NCBI GenBank assembly: GCA_019058445.1
Contig: JAHPZA010000003.1
Coordinates: forward strand, 96,001 to 160,000
Direction: 5' to 3'
From: Promethearchaeota archaeon
Lineage (GTDB): Archaea; Asgardarchaeota; Lokiarchaeia; Sigyniarchaeales; SOKP01
DNA: 64,000 nucleotides
Position 1 is the stretch's first letter; the number at the start of each line of letters is the position of its first letter. The position numbers were made by a program, and so were the translations under genes. The notes beneath the pieces are model-generated. The model saw only the letters and a program-made list of their open reading frames with translations. It had not been told where the DNA came from and searched no databases. Positions 39,092 to 48,713 of this stretch are shown in pieces.

Positions 39092-42000
39092 TTAAAGCTT
39101 TTTGCGCCATTCCTTTGCTTTTTCGATATTATTAATACTCTCGTATACTTCAACAATTTTCTTATAGCATCCTTTGGCCGCTGTACGATTACCTAACTTT
39201 TCATGCAATTCTCCAGCGCTAGATAGTTGATTTACCTGCGAATCATGGTTTCCCTCATCTGCATAGATTTGAGCTGCGCGTATACGTGTATCAATGGCCA
39301 TCTCGAACATCTCCTGCATTTCCTGAGAGCGTGCCAAGCTTCCAAGAGTCCACGCAACATCCGACATCGCACCACGTGATTCATTGATTTCCATTGATTT
39401 CTCAAACATAATCTTAGCTTCCGAATGGTTTCCCATCTGCCGATAAGCGGTACCAGCATTTTGATAATTGCTTGCAAGTCCCCCAACTTCATCAATCTCC
39501 CGGTTGATGTCCATTGCTGCTTTGTAATAATCAATTGCTTCTTTAAATTCCTGCAACTCATAGAATATACTTGCAATATTATTCATTGTGATCGCGACCT
39601 GTTTCATATTTCCCATCTCCCGAGAAATACCCATTGATTTCTCGAGATAATTCCTTGCTTCTTGGTATTGTTCCATGCTTTCATAAACCTCAGCAATTTT
39701 CCTATAAAGTAAATCCATATCTGCCTTGTTTCCAAGTTGTTCACAAATCGCAAAGTCCTCAAGATACCACTTGATAGCTTCTTTATGCATCCCGTTCTGC
39801 TGATACAATCCTGCAAGATCATACACAACTTTATCCTTCATTTCAATATCCCCGACTTGATCACAAATAGATATGGCTTCCGAGAAACGTGTTACTGCCA
39901 TTTTCAAATTACCTTGATCTGAATAAAACTTTCCGAGAGCGCGTGCAACTGATATTTGATTCGTACTATTACCCAATTCCTTATCAAGTTCAAAAGTCTT
40001 TTCTAAGAAATTAATTGCTTTTTTATTTTCACCTAATGCGTTGTAGCAAAGTGCAATATTCCATTGTTGGTTCCGAATCGAGGGCATATCATTAAGGATC
40101 GAATCTAATTCTATTACTCTCTCGTACCATGGGATTGCTGCTTGGAATTCTTTAGCATTATAATAGAGTTGAGCTATATCATACGCCCTATTTACTTGCA
40201 TCTTGATATCTTCTGTTTTTTCAGCAAATTTTATTGCCTTCTTATAACTCTCAACAGCATCATTTAAATTTCTAGATTTTGTATATAATTTTCCTCGGTT
40301 TAGCCAGGCAAGGGCTGTTTTTTCAAAAATCTCCTCCTTTTCTCCTACCTTAATTGCCTCCTGATTGTATTGTTGTGCTTTTTCAAGATTTCCAAGGTCC
40401 ATGTGAACCACAGTAAGGTCATTAAGGTAGTGTACTATAGATGGCAGATTTTGCTCATCACGGCCACTTTTTAGTGCTAATGAGATAAATTCGTCAGCTT
40501 TTTGCAAATCATTCGTGTTGTAATAAATATATCCTATTTCACTTTGGATATCTGATATAAGTGTAAGCAATCCCGTCTTATTAGCAAAATTCAATGCTAT
40601 TTCAAACTCCTCAATTGCTTTATCAGTGTTTCCCGCAGTTTTGTAAATCATTCCGCAACTCTTCCGAACTCTTGCCATGTTTTCGAAGCTTTTAACTTTC
40701 TCAAAAAGTTCAAAAGCAGTCTCAAAATGATAAATAGCATCATCATTTTTTTCAGCTCCGTTCAATGCTTGGGCATAGCACTTGTGGTATATCCCCAGAG
40801 ATAAATTATTTGAATTATTTTTACCCATCTCAACCGCTTTCTCAAAGAAAGGTAATGAATCCTCATAATCTTTCTTAAGGTAATAAGAATTTCCTATATC
40901 ATTATATAAATCAGCAAAATACTCCTTTATATCAACATTTTCAGCAACTTCAAGAGCTTTTTTATAGAAATCTATTGCTTTCTCATACTCCTTTTTATGA
41001 TGATATGAGATGCCAATGTTTCGATATTGTCTTGAAACAGACTCTAAATCTTCGATTTCTTTAGACAAAGTTAAAGCTTTTTCATAGGCTTCAATTGCAT
41101 CATCATTTTGCTTAAGATCTGTGTATGCTATACCCATGTTCGCATACAACCCGCTTTTTCCCACAATTCTGCCCGTTTCTTCATATAATACAAGAGCTAA
41201 TTTGAATTCTTCAATAGCTTTCTCATTTTTATCTAGATCCATGTAAAGCGATCCAATATTAGTATGTGTCACTGCCATAGCTCCTTTTTTTCCTAGTTTC
41301 TCATCGATTGCTAAGGCTTCCATATAAAGCTTCTCCGCCTCTTCAAGAATACCGAGGTTCTGTAATGCCAATCCTACATTATTCTTTGCAGTGGCGATTC
41401 CTTCAATGTCTCCAATTTCCTCGTTCATTTTTAAAGAGTCCTGGTAATATCTAAGCGCAGTTTTATAATCCTTCATATTTGTGTATACCTGGCCTATATT
41501 ATTGATCAGTGTTCCAATTTCTTTAACAAGATTTATTTCTCTCGCAAGATCAAGTGCTTCGTTGTAATATTGTAATGCTTCTTCGTTTTTATTCGTATTT
41601 CGATAAACAGATGCTACTCTTGATAAAGATATGACAATAGACCCCTTATTGTTCATCTCTCTACTCAAAGTAAGCGCCTTCTCGTATTTTTCCATGGCAT
41701 CATTGAATTTACCTAAAACAACATCATTTCCTCCAAGTGAATGAAGATACATGGGTATTCGGATTTTTTCGTCAATTTTAATGGCTATATTCAGGGCTTC
41801 TGAAAAATATTCCCGAGCCTTGGTATACTCCCCTCTTGATTCATACACATCCCCTATACTCATTAATCGGCCAGCTTTTCCTGATAAATCTTTTAATTCC
41901 TCAGAAATTTCAAGCGCTTCTTTGAAGTAATTCATAGCAAGATCTATTTCCCCAAAATTAAAAAAAAGGATGCCTAAGTTGTGAAGCGATATTCCTAACG

Positions 42001-43909
42001 AGTTTTTCTGATTTAATTCTCGATAAATATTAACTGATAACTGGAATAATTGTTTTGCTTCTTTCATCACGCCCATAGATTTCTTCGCAAGCCCCATATT
42101 ATTGTAAATATTTGCTTTAGAAAGTGGATCGTCTAGCATCTCAGCTATCGTTATAGCCTCTTTATATTTTTCAAGAGCTTTTTCAAAATCACCAGAATGC
42201 CTAAATACCTCCCCAATCGCTGATATTCTTAGTGCTTTCCATTCCATTTTGCCAAGAAGATCATCTATTTTAATGGCTTCTAAATAATACTCCCGTGCTT
42301 TTGAGAATTCCCCTTTATCAATATATACACTCGCAATGTTATTTAAAATACTGGCTTTCATAGGAAGATTACCAACATCTTCGTTCAATTCTAATGCCTC
42401 ATTATACAAGGCGAGCGCACCATCAAAATCACCTTGCAAATCATTAATCAATGCCTTATCTGTAAGCACATTTGCCATAACTGATCCCAATCCTTCTTTT
42501 TCGGCTAAGGTCCAAGCCCTTTCATAAAGTTGTTTAGCTTTTTCTAGTCTCCCAGACATCCTATGCAATCTTGCTGCGTTGAACAGAAAAGCAGGTAATC
42601 CAATAACATCGTTTATTTTTTCTGCAATTTCTGCTGCTTCTTCAAATAAATTAAGTGCTTCTTCTATTCTTCCATGTGAATCATATACTAGAGCCGTTGA
42701 ATTCATGAAATTGGCTAACGACTCTTCATTATTATATTTTTTTGCAAGAGTTATCCCAATCTCACTACACCGAAGAGCATCATCGATTGACGTGAGCGAC
42801 CAATAAATGAACCACGCAAGATGGTATTCTTTGAGATCTGTAACTGTATCAAGGATGGGTTTCATGAACTTATGCAAGTCTACATCGCACTTTTCCTCCT
42901 TTTTGATGGAAGGAGGCTCTGACTTCTTGAACATGATGGGCCACAATACATTTTCCAATAAATATGATGTATGGGTAACAACTTTGTAAAGTTTTGTTTT
43001 AATCTTCATTTTTTTGTACTCATTTGCCAGATCGACCAATATTTTATCCACTTGGGATTCTCCAGAACTGAAATCTCTGTCATCAACAGTATTATCCTCC
43101 ATTGTTAAAACTTCATAGGCATCAGTAATCGCGGGATCACGATCGAAAGCATGGTCAATCCATATGATCTCATCTAGCTCCTGCATTTCTCTTAACGTTG
43201 GACCAATATCGAAATCATCGCTTCCGGAATAACCAATAACCACGAGAGATCGTCTTGAGGTAAGTGCATTCACTACGGGAATTTTGTATGATTCTATCGC
43301 AAAAGTTTCCTCCGCAGCACGATCCTTTCCAAGCGCTGAGATAGTAGTCACCAATGAATCTGTGGTATCTTCATCTGTGACAAAGTTTTTCTTGGAACCG
43401 TGGATCTTACACAGCGGAAACTTTTTCTTTTTTCTTAAGGCTTCTATCGCCTCAAAGTTCTCATAGTCCTTTTTATTTATGATGAGCTTAATGTCATCCT
43501 TAGAATGGAGTTGTTCAGCTAATGCCATTTCAATTAAATAATCAAAATTAGTTGTGATGACATCTTCCCCAATTTGAATAGCCTTTGCTAAGAAATGGTG
43601 AATAATATTTGGCTTATCAAATAAGTCGAAAAAATTCATGAATTGTAGGGAGGGATCAATTATCCGCTGGATGCCTTCGATAATCAGTTCATATCGAAGG
43701 TTATCAAGTTGAAGGATGCGTTCCACTTCATCCTTGGGACAGCTTGATTCCACGATAACGTTTACAATGTGCTTGGCAGAAAGTAGACATGAAGGAGCGT
43801 CTATGGAAATCCCTGCGCCCACTAAAAACGTGAATTCCTTATCTGGGTTGAAGATCTCCTCCATATTTAAGTCTAATTTATTAAAATTTGCATTACTCAT
43901 TATTGACAA
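39092..43909 (-). CDS. SIR2-like (SIR2_2) domain fused to about 30 long (40-aa) TPR repeats
   Basis: FLVGAGIS, ITTNFDYLIE, KIHGS and IGYSGSDDFDI, followed by regular N.G..Y...G....A..YY..AL repeats. Confidence 0.9.
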   Translation of the reverse strand: MSIMSNANFNKLDLNMEEIFNPDKEFTFLVGAGISIDAPSCLLSAKHIVNVIVESSCPKDEVERILQLDNLRYELIIEGIQRIIDPSLQFMNFFDLFDKPNIIHHFLAKAIQIGEDVITTNFDYLIEMALAEQLHSKDDIKLIINKKDYENFEAIEALRKKKKFPLCKIHGSKKNFVTDEDTTDSLVTTISALGKDRAAEETFAIESYKIPVVNALTSRRSLVVIGYSGSDDFDIGPTLREMQELDEIIWIDHAFDRDPAITDAYEVLTMEDNTVDDRDFSSGESQVDKILVDLANEYKKMKIKTKLYKVVTHTSYLLENVLWPIMFKKSEPPSIKKEEKCDVDLHKFMKPILDTVTDLKEYHLAWFIYWSLTSIDDALRCSEIGITLAKKYNNEESLANFMNSTALVYDSHGRIEEALNLFEEAAEIAEKINDVIGLPAFLFNAARLHRMSGRLEKAKQLYERAWTLAEKEGLGSVMANVLTDKALINDLQGDFDGALALYNEALELNEDVGNLPMKASILNNIASVYIDKGEFSKAREYYLEAIKIDDLLGKMEWKALRISAIGEVFRHSGDFEKALEKYKEAITIAEMLDDPLSKANIYNNMGLAKKSMGVMKEAKQLFQLSVNIYRELNQKNSLGISLHNLGILFFNFGEIDLAMNYFKEALEISEELKDLSGKAGRLMSIGDVYESRGEYTKAREYFSEALNIAIKIDEKIRIPMYLHSLGGNDVVLGKFNDAMEKYEKALTLSREMNNKGSIVISLSRVASVYRNTNKNEEALQYYNEALDLAREINLVKEIGTLINNIGQVYTNMKDYKTALRYYQDSLKMNEEIGDIEGIATAKNNVGLALQNLGILEEAEKLYMEALAIDEKLGKKGAMAVTHTNIGSLYMDLDKNEKAIEEFKLALVLYEETGRIVGKSGLYANMGIAYTDLKQNDDAIEAYEKALTLSKEIEDLESVSRQYRNIGISYHHKKEYEKAIDFYKKALEVAENVDIKEYFADLYNDIGNSYYLKKDYEDSLPFFEKAVEMGKNNSNNLSLGIYHKCYAQALNGAEKNDDAIYHFETAFELFEKVKSFENMARVRKSCGMIYKTAGNTDKAIEEFEIALNFANKTGLLTLISDIQSEIGYIYYNTNDLQKADEFISLALKSGRDEQNLPSIVHYLNDLTVVHMDLGNLEKAQQYNQEAIKVGEKEEIFEKTALAWLNRGKLYTKSRNLNDAVESYKKAIKFAEKTEDIKMQVNRAYDIAQLYYNAKEFQAAIPWYERVIELDSILNDMPSIRNQQWNIALCYNALGENKKAINFLEKTFELDKELGNSTNQISVARALGKFYSDQGNLKMAVTRFSEAISICDQVGDIEMKDKVVYDLAGLYQQNGMHKEAIKWYLEDFAICEQLGNKADMDLLYRKIAEVYESMEQYQEARNYLEKSMGISREMGNMKQVAITMNNIASIFYELQEFKEAIDYYKAAMDINREIDEVGGLASNYQNAGTAYRQMGNHSEAKIMFEKSMEINESRGAMSDVAWTLGSLARSQEMQEMFEMAIDTRIRAAQIYADEGNHDSQVNQLSSAGELHEKLGNRTAAKGCYKKIVEVYESINNIEKAKEWRKKL

Positions 43910-44077
43910 ATCCTTTTTTTCCCTTAAGAAAGCTTAAAAAATTAGAAAATTAGAAGATTAATAAAATAGAAGACTAATAAAATTTTGCTTTAAAGCTTAA
44001 GTATTTGATCCCATCAATTATTTACTTATCCATAAAAAGAATTTCAGTTTTAAACCTTCATTCATTACTTAGTAAAA

Positions 44078-44704
44078 ATGAAAGAACTAATAGAAACCCT
44101 TGAAAATCTTAAAAATAGCGAAATAAAGAATGTAATTGATACTCGAATTAAAGAATTTGAGGAAATTAAAGGGCAGGCTATTGAAGAAATTTTCAAAGAA
44201 CTATGTTTTTGTATCATGACTGCCAATTGTGGGGCTGAGAAATGTATTGAAATTCATGAGAGCATACATGATGGATTCCTTAATCTTTCAAAAGTAAAAC
44301 TAACTGAAAAATTCAAAGAATTAGGATACAGATTCCCTAATATTCGTTCAGAATATATCATCGAAGCTAGAAAATATAAAAATGATCTAGAAAATGAAAT
44401 TAAATCTAAGGAGGAAGCAAATTCTTTGAGGGATTGGATCGTAAAAACCATAAAAGGTATTGGGTATAAGGAAGCAAGTCATTTTCTCAGAAATATTGGA
44501 TTTAAAAATTATGCAATTATAGATTTTCATATTGTAGATATTCTGGTAAAAAATAAAATAATTGAAAAACCAAAAACCATGACAAAAAAGAAATATTTAG
44601 AAATCGAAGAGATATTAAAAAATGTTGGAGCTAGACTAAACCTCAATATGGCAGAATTAGATTTGTATTTATGGTACTTGGAAACAGGAAAGATCCTAAA
44701 ATAA
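44078..44704 (+). CDS. ogg: 8-oxoguanine DNA glycosylase/AP lyase (Ogg2 type)
   Basis: ELCFCIMTAN, YRFPN.R, KGIGYKEASHFLRN, AIIDFH and LDLYLWYLETGKILK motifs. Confidence 0.93.
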   Translation: MKELIETLENLKNSEIKNVIDTRIKEFEEIKGQAIEEIFKELCFCIMTANCGAEKCIEIHESIHDGFLNLSKVKLTEKFKELGYRFPNIRSEYIIEARKYKNDLENEIKSKEEANSLRDWIVKTIKGIGYKEASHFLRNIGFKNYAIIDFHIVDILVKNKIIEKPKTMTKKKYLEIEEILKNVGARLNLNMAELDLYLWYLETGKILK

Positions 44705-44785
44705 TTTAAAATAAGTATATTATAAGATAATCTTGAAAAATAAGAAAATCATAATAAAGATGTATTTTTTAGAAATTCTCTCTCG

Positions 44786-45082
44786 TTAAAAGTCTAACTT
44801 TTTAGTTCCGTTAATCGTGAGATTTCCCATAGGTATATCTGCTTCTAATTCACAGTTTCTGAGTTTTTTCTTAATTTGTTTTGCTCCATATTCATTTAAC
44901 ATCAAATCTAAGAAATTATGATATAGTCCAATAAGATTATCTGAAGCTAACTTAAAATAGATATCATTTTGGGATATATTTATGCTTATAATTTCATAAA
45001 GTCCTTTTAAGGATTCTTTGATATTCTTAAAGTTTTTTATTGCTTGATCCGTTGAGTACATTGTTGTGTTCGGTTTAATCAT
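44786..45082 (-). CDS. 98-aa hypothetical protein, tandem copy A
   Basis: 91/98 identical to 45285..45581; aaggtat upstream of the ATG in both. Confidence 0.85.
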   Translation of the reverse strand: MIKPNTTMYSTDQAIKNFKNIKESLKGLYEIISINISQNDIYFKLASDNLIGLYHNFLDLMLNEYGAKQIKKKLRNCELEADIPMGNLTINGTKKLDF

Positions 45083-45284
45083 ATACCTTTGACCTCTTTT
45101 TTTTTATTCAACCAATTAAAGACTTTCATTCATGAATAAAAAACGGATGAGATTAAATAAATTATTTTTGGAGACCAATATTTGCAGAAAAAATCCTTAA
45201 ATAATCTCAAACAAATAAAAAATTGAAAATCTTAGAGAATAAGTAATCCTCAAAAAAGATGCTTTTTTTCAGAAATCTCTTTCA

Positions 45285-45581
45285 TTAAAAGTTTAACTTT
45301 TTTGTTCCATTGATCGTGAGATTTCCCATAGGTATATCTGCCTCTAGTTCACAATTTCTGAGTTTTTTCTTAATTTGTTTTGCTCCATTTTCATTAAGCA
45401 TCAAATCTAAGAAATTATGATAAAGTCCAATCAAGTTATCTGAAGCTAACTTAAAATAAATATCATTCTGAGAGATATTTATGCTCATAATTTCATACAA
45501 TCCCTTTAGGGATTCTTTGATATTCTCAAAGTTTTTAACTGCTTGTTCCGTTGAGTCCATAGTTGTATTCGGTTTGATCAT
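45285..45581 (-). CDS. 98-aa hypothetical protein, tandem copy B
   Basis: Near-identical to copy A, with many third-position differences consistent with coding. Confidence 0.85.
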   Translation of the reverse strand: MIKPNTTMDSTEQAVKNFENIKESLKGLYEIMSINISQNDIYFKLASDNLIGLYHNFLDLMLNENGAKQIKKKLRNCELEADIPMGNLTINGTKKLNF

Positions 45582-45839
45582 ATACCTTTAACCACCTTTT
45601 AATATTCAATTAATGAAAAAAAGTAAAACTTTATAAATTTGGAATAAATTTTGCTATTTTGTGTGGATATAACGTCCAAATTTTTGCGAATAAAAATTTT
45701 TAAATTTAAAAAATTAAACAATTAAACAATAATCAGAAATCCTATTTTAAGTCAACAAGAAATCCTATTAAAATGATATACAATATTAGTATAAGTTTAT
45801 TGACCTAATTCTCTTTAAAATATAAAATAAGTTGTAAAG

Positions 45840-46118
45840 TTAAAACATTACTTTAAATGGAAAGTCTTTTTCGGCTTCTCGCTCATCAAATTCGATTTCC
45901 CTGAGTTTTATCCTTACTTCGCGAGGAGCATTCGTCTGCTTTAAAATATTAACTATATTATTATGCATGGCTTTTAAATTATCCATGCCAATTTGACGAT
46001 AAATATCATTTTCCTGGAAATTTATATTTAAAATTTCACTTAATCCAGAAATACACTCTCTAATATTATTATAACAGCTAAACACATCATCAATATTTTT
46101 TTGTTCTTTTTTCATCAT
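45840..46118 (-). CDS. 92-aa hypothetical protein, distant paralog of the two 98-aa proteins
   Basis: Shared pattern NI.E...GL.EI..IN...NDIY.....DNL....N...............KLR..E. Confidence 0.75.
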   Translation of the reverse strand: MMKKEQKNIDDVFSCYNNIRECISGLSEILNINFQENDIYRQIGMDNLKAMHNNIVNILKQTNAPREVRIKLREIEFDEREAEKDFPFKVMF

Positions 46119-46713
46119 TTTTACGAAATCCTCAAAAAAATTTCTTTTCTATGACTAAAAAAGTAATCAACATTTATAAATCTGCACTTTTTAAGTTATA
46201 ATTCCGCAATAACACGAACTTTTCATTACTATCAAGTGACAAATTATGATTAAAATTTTGCAAAAAGGAGAAATTTTATCAAATTCAAATGATAGTATGA
46301 TCCTAAATCATTCCCAAATTATGATCAAAAAGCATAATTTATTTCTGTTTTCGTTACTTTACATTAGGATTTAGCTGAAAAACGTAAATTGCTCGTGTTG
46401 AAATAAACATTTTCGATAATTTTTATTAGATTGCTATTTATTGAGGATAGAGGGATTTTTATAGATAGGAAGTATAAATATTCTGGTAATATGAATATTC
46501 TAATTCATATTTTTCAATCCCTTATAATGATTTAAAGCATTTAGCAAAGCGCTTTTTAAACTTTCACTTATCTCTTTTCGAATTGATTCTTCTTTTAAAC
46601 CATTGTAATAATCTTCTTCTAACTATCTATAAAAATAAATTTTTAAATATAGAATAGATATTTAAAGTAGATTTTTGAAAATAATATATTCTATCAAAAA
46701 TGGTTGAATTACA

Positions 46714-47460
46714 ATGAAATACGCATTAATGTTTAATGTGTTAAAAGATGGGGAAATAGAGCCAATTAAATGGAACAAAGATGTTTTTATTCCCGATCGA
46801 TCGATAATTATGTTAGAAGAATTAACACCTGCTGTATGGTTATGGCATGGTGTGAAACGTAGTTTGGTGGATCGAAGAATTGCAAGCAGGCAAGCGGAAA
46901 GTCTTAAAGGATATGGTTATAAAGCAAGAGATACCATTATAGGAAGTAGGACAAGAATTATAAAAGAAATAGACCAGAGAAAAGTTGGAAAAGACACTGA
47001 AACAGATCAATTTAATCAAGAATTTCAGGAAATTCTAAACAATGAGTTCACTCCTATTGATGAGATTATCGTTGATCTTCAAATGGATGATAATGAAGTT
47101 GCTAAATTGAAATTAACGCCCACAGCTGTTCCTGAGACCATAGCAGAGCAAGCATCTAAACTTATTACAGATCCTAAAACCGAAATAAAACCAAAAAAAT
47201 CACAGGAACATATAGTTGAAGCTACTACTCCCGAAACAAAGCCAAAACCAGAAATCAAACCTTCCAAAACAACGCGAATTTCAATGCCCACTAAACCGAT
47301 CAAAAAACCAGAATTCAGATTTGAAGAACAAGTGAAAGAAATTGGATCAAATACCAATGAAATAATTAAAAATGTTTTGGAACGAATTGAAATAATGGAA
47401 GCTAAATTAGATACACTTTTACAAGAATTTAAAGAATTCAAAGCGTCATTACAAAAATAA
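46714..47460 (+). CDS. Gelsolin-like domain + P/T/K-rich linker + C-terminal coiled coil
   Basis: IIMLEE..AVWLWHG...SLVDRRIASRQAESL matches the gelsolin repeat strand-helix pattern. Confidence 0.55.
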   Translation: MKYALMFNVLKDGEIEPIKWNKDVFIPDRSIIMLEELTPAVWLWHGVKRSLVDRRIASRQAESLKGYGYKARDTIIGSRTRIIKEIDQRKVGKDTETDQFNQEFQEILNNEFTPIDEIIVDLQMDDNEVAKLKLTPTAVPETIAEQASKLITDPKTEIKPKKSQEHIVEATTPETKPKPEIKPSKTTRISMPTKPIKKPEFRFEEQVKEIGSNTNEIIKNVLERIEIMEAKLDTLLQEFKEFKASLQK

Positions 47461-47567
47461 TAAAATCGATTTTCTCCTTTCTATTATTCTAGCAAATATC
47501 TATTTTTATTTTAATTAAAATTATTAAACCTTTTTAGTTGTTAAAATTAGAAATTAGAAAAACCTAT

Positions 47568-48632
47568 TTATTTTAAGAGAATTTCCCAATTAATTCCATC
47601 TTCTACTAACTGTTGAACTAATGCTATCTCATCTTCTTGTATTCCAGGCTTCAACCTCATCATATTTCTTATAGTCGTATAAGTATCAGAAGGGCTTAAG
47701 ATTAACGGGATGTTTCTTTCATTAGCCGCTGCTATAAGTTTAATATCCGGCTGAATAAATCCTGTTAGGATTAAGCATGACACATCCTCATTCAATGCCG
47801 CTAATGCTAAGTCAGTTCGATCCCCACCAGTTATCACCGCTCCTCGTCTAATCTGCCGTAAATATTTCAACGCAGCTTGAGCGCTCATAGCTCCAATAAT
47901 ATATGTTTCTACTCTATTGTTTAGACCCGATGATGATGCTTCATTAATTAACTCACCACCAATTGCTTCCAATACTTCAGAAACTCTAGGTGAAAATAAT
48001 TCTATGCTTTTTTCAATAATACCCACAACAGGGATGTTAAACCTTTTAATGTGATTTGCTTCCAGTTCTTTTATTCTCGCGACATAATCATAATCTATAC
48101 TATTGAATATAACTCCTTTAAAATCGACTTTTCTGAAATCAAAATATTTCTTAGTAAAAAATAGATTATCTATGCATTTATCAGACGATTCTTTCTCTAT
48201 ATATATTAGATCTCTAATTCCAAGAGCTTGGGCAATACTAATATCATCCAATCCGACTCTAATAAATTTTCTTATACTTGGAGAGCCCTCTATTATTATA
48301 TAATCCATCTCTTTCGAAATATCTTCATAGCCTGATTTTATTTTAGCTAAATATTCATCTTTTTTAATCGCATCAATTAAATCAACATAATAACAGTCTG
48401 GTATTGATACTGGTGACACAATATCGTATGGTTTGGAAGTTGTAAAAATTGTACTTAAGATAAAGCCTACATCCGGGTCGGCTTTTTGTGTAAACGCAGA
48501 TTTCGAGATGCCAACTGGTTTAAAATAAGCGACACTTTTACCGTCATTTTGTAATTTTTGCATAATTCCTAAGCTGATGAGGCTTTTTCCAACTCGTTCT
48601 CGTAAAGAACATAAATATAATGGTTTAACCAT
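47568..48632 (-). CDS. Phosphotransacetylase N-terminal-like protein (BioD-like P-loop + DRTGG)
   Basis: VGKSLISLG, YFKPVG, IIIEG, ITGGDRTD and CLILTG motifs. Confidence 0.88.
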   Translation of the reverse strand: MVKPLYLCSLRERVGKSLISLGIMQKLQNDGKSVAYFKPVGISKSAFTQKADPDVGFILSTIFTTSKPYDIVSPVSIPDCYYVDLIDAIKKDEYLAKIKSGYEDISKEMDYIIIEGSPSIRKFIRVGLDDISIAQALGIRDLIYIEKESSDKCIDNLFFTKKYFDFRKVDFKGVIFNSIDYDYVARIKELEANHIKRFNIPVVGIIEKSIELFSPRVSEVLEAIGGELINEASSSGLNNRVETYIIGAMSAQAALKYLRQIRRGAVITGGDRTDLALAALNEDVSCLILTGFIQPDIKLIAAANERNIPLILSPSDTYTTIRNMMRLKPGIQEDEIALVQQLVEDGINWEILLK

Positions 48633-48713
48633 ATTTACATCATTTATTTATTTATATTTTTCAAATTTAATTTTATTTGTTTATTTTTTAAATTATATTT
48701 TTTTTTGCGTTTT

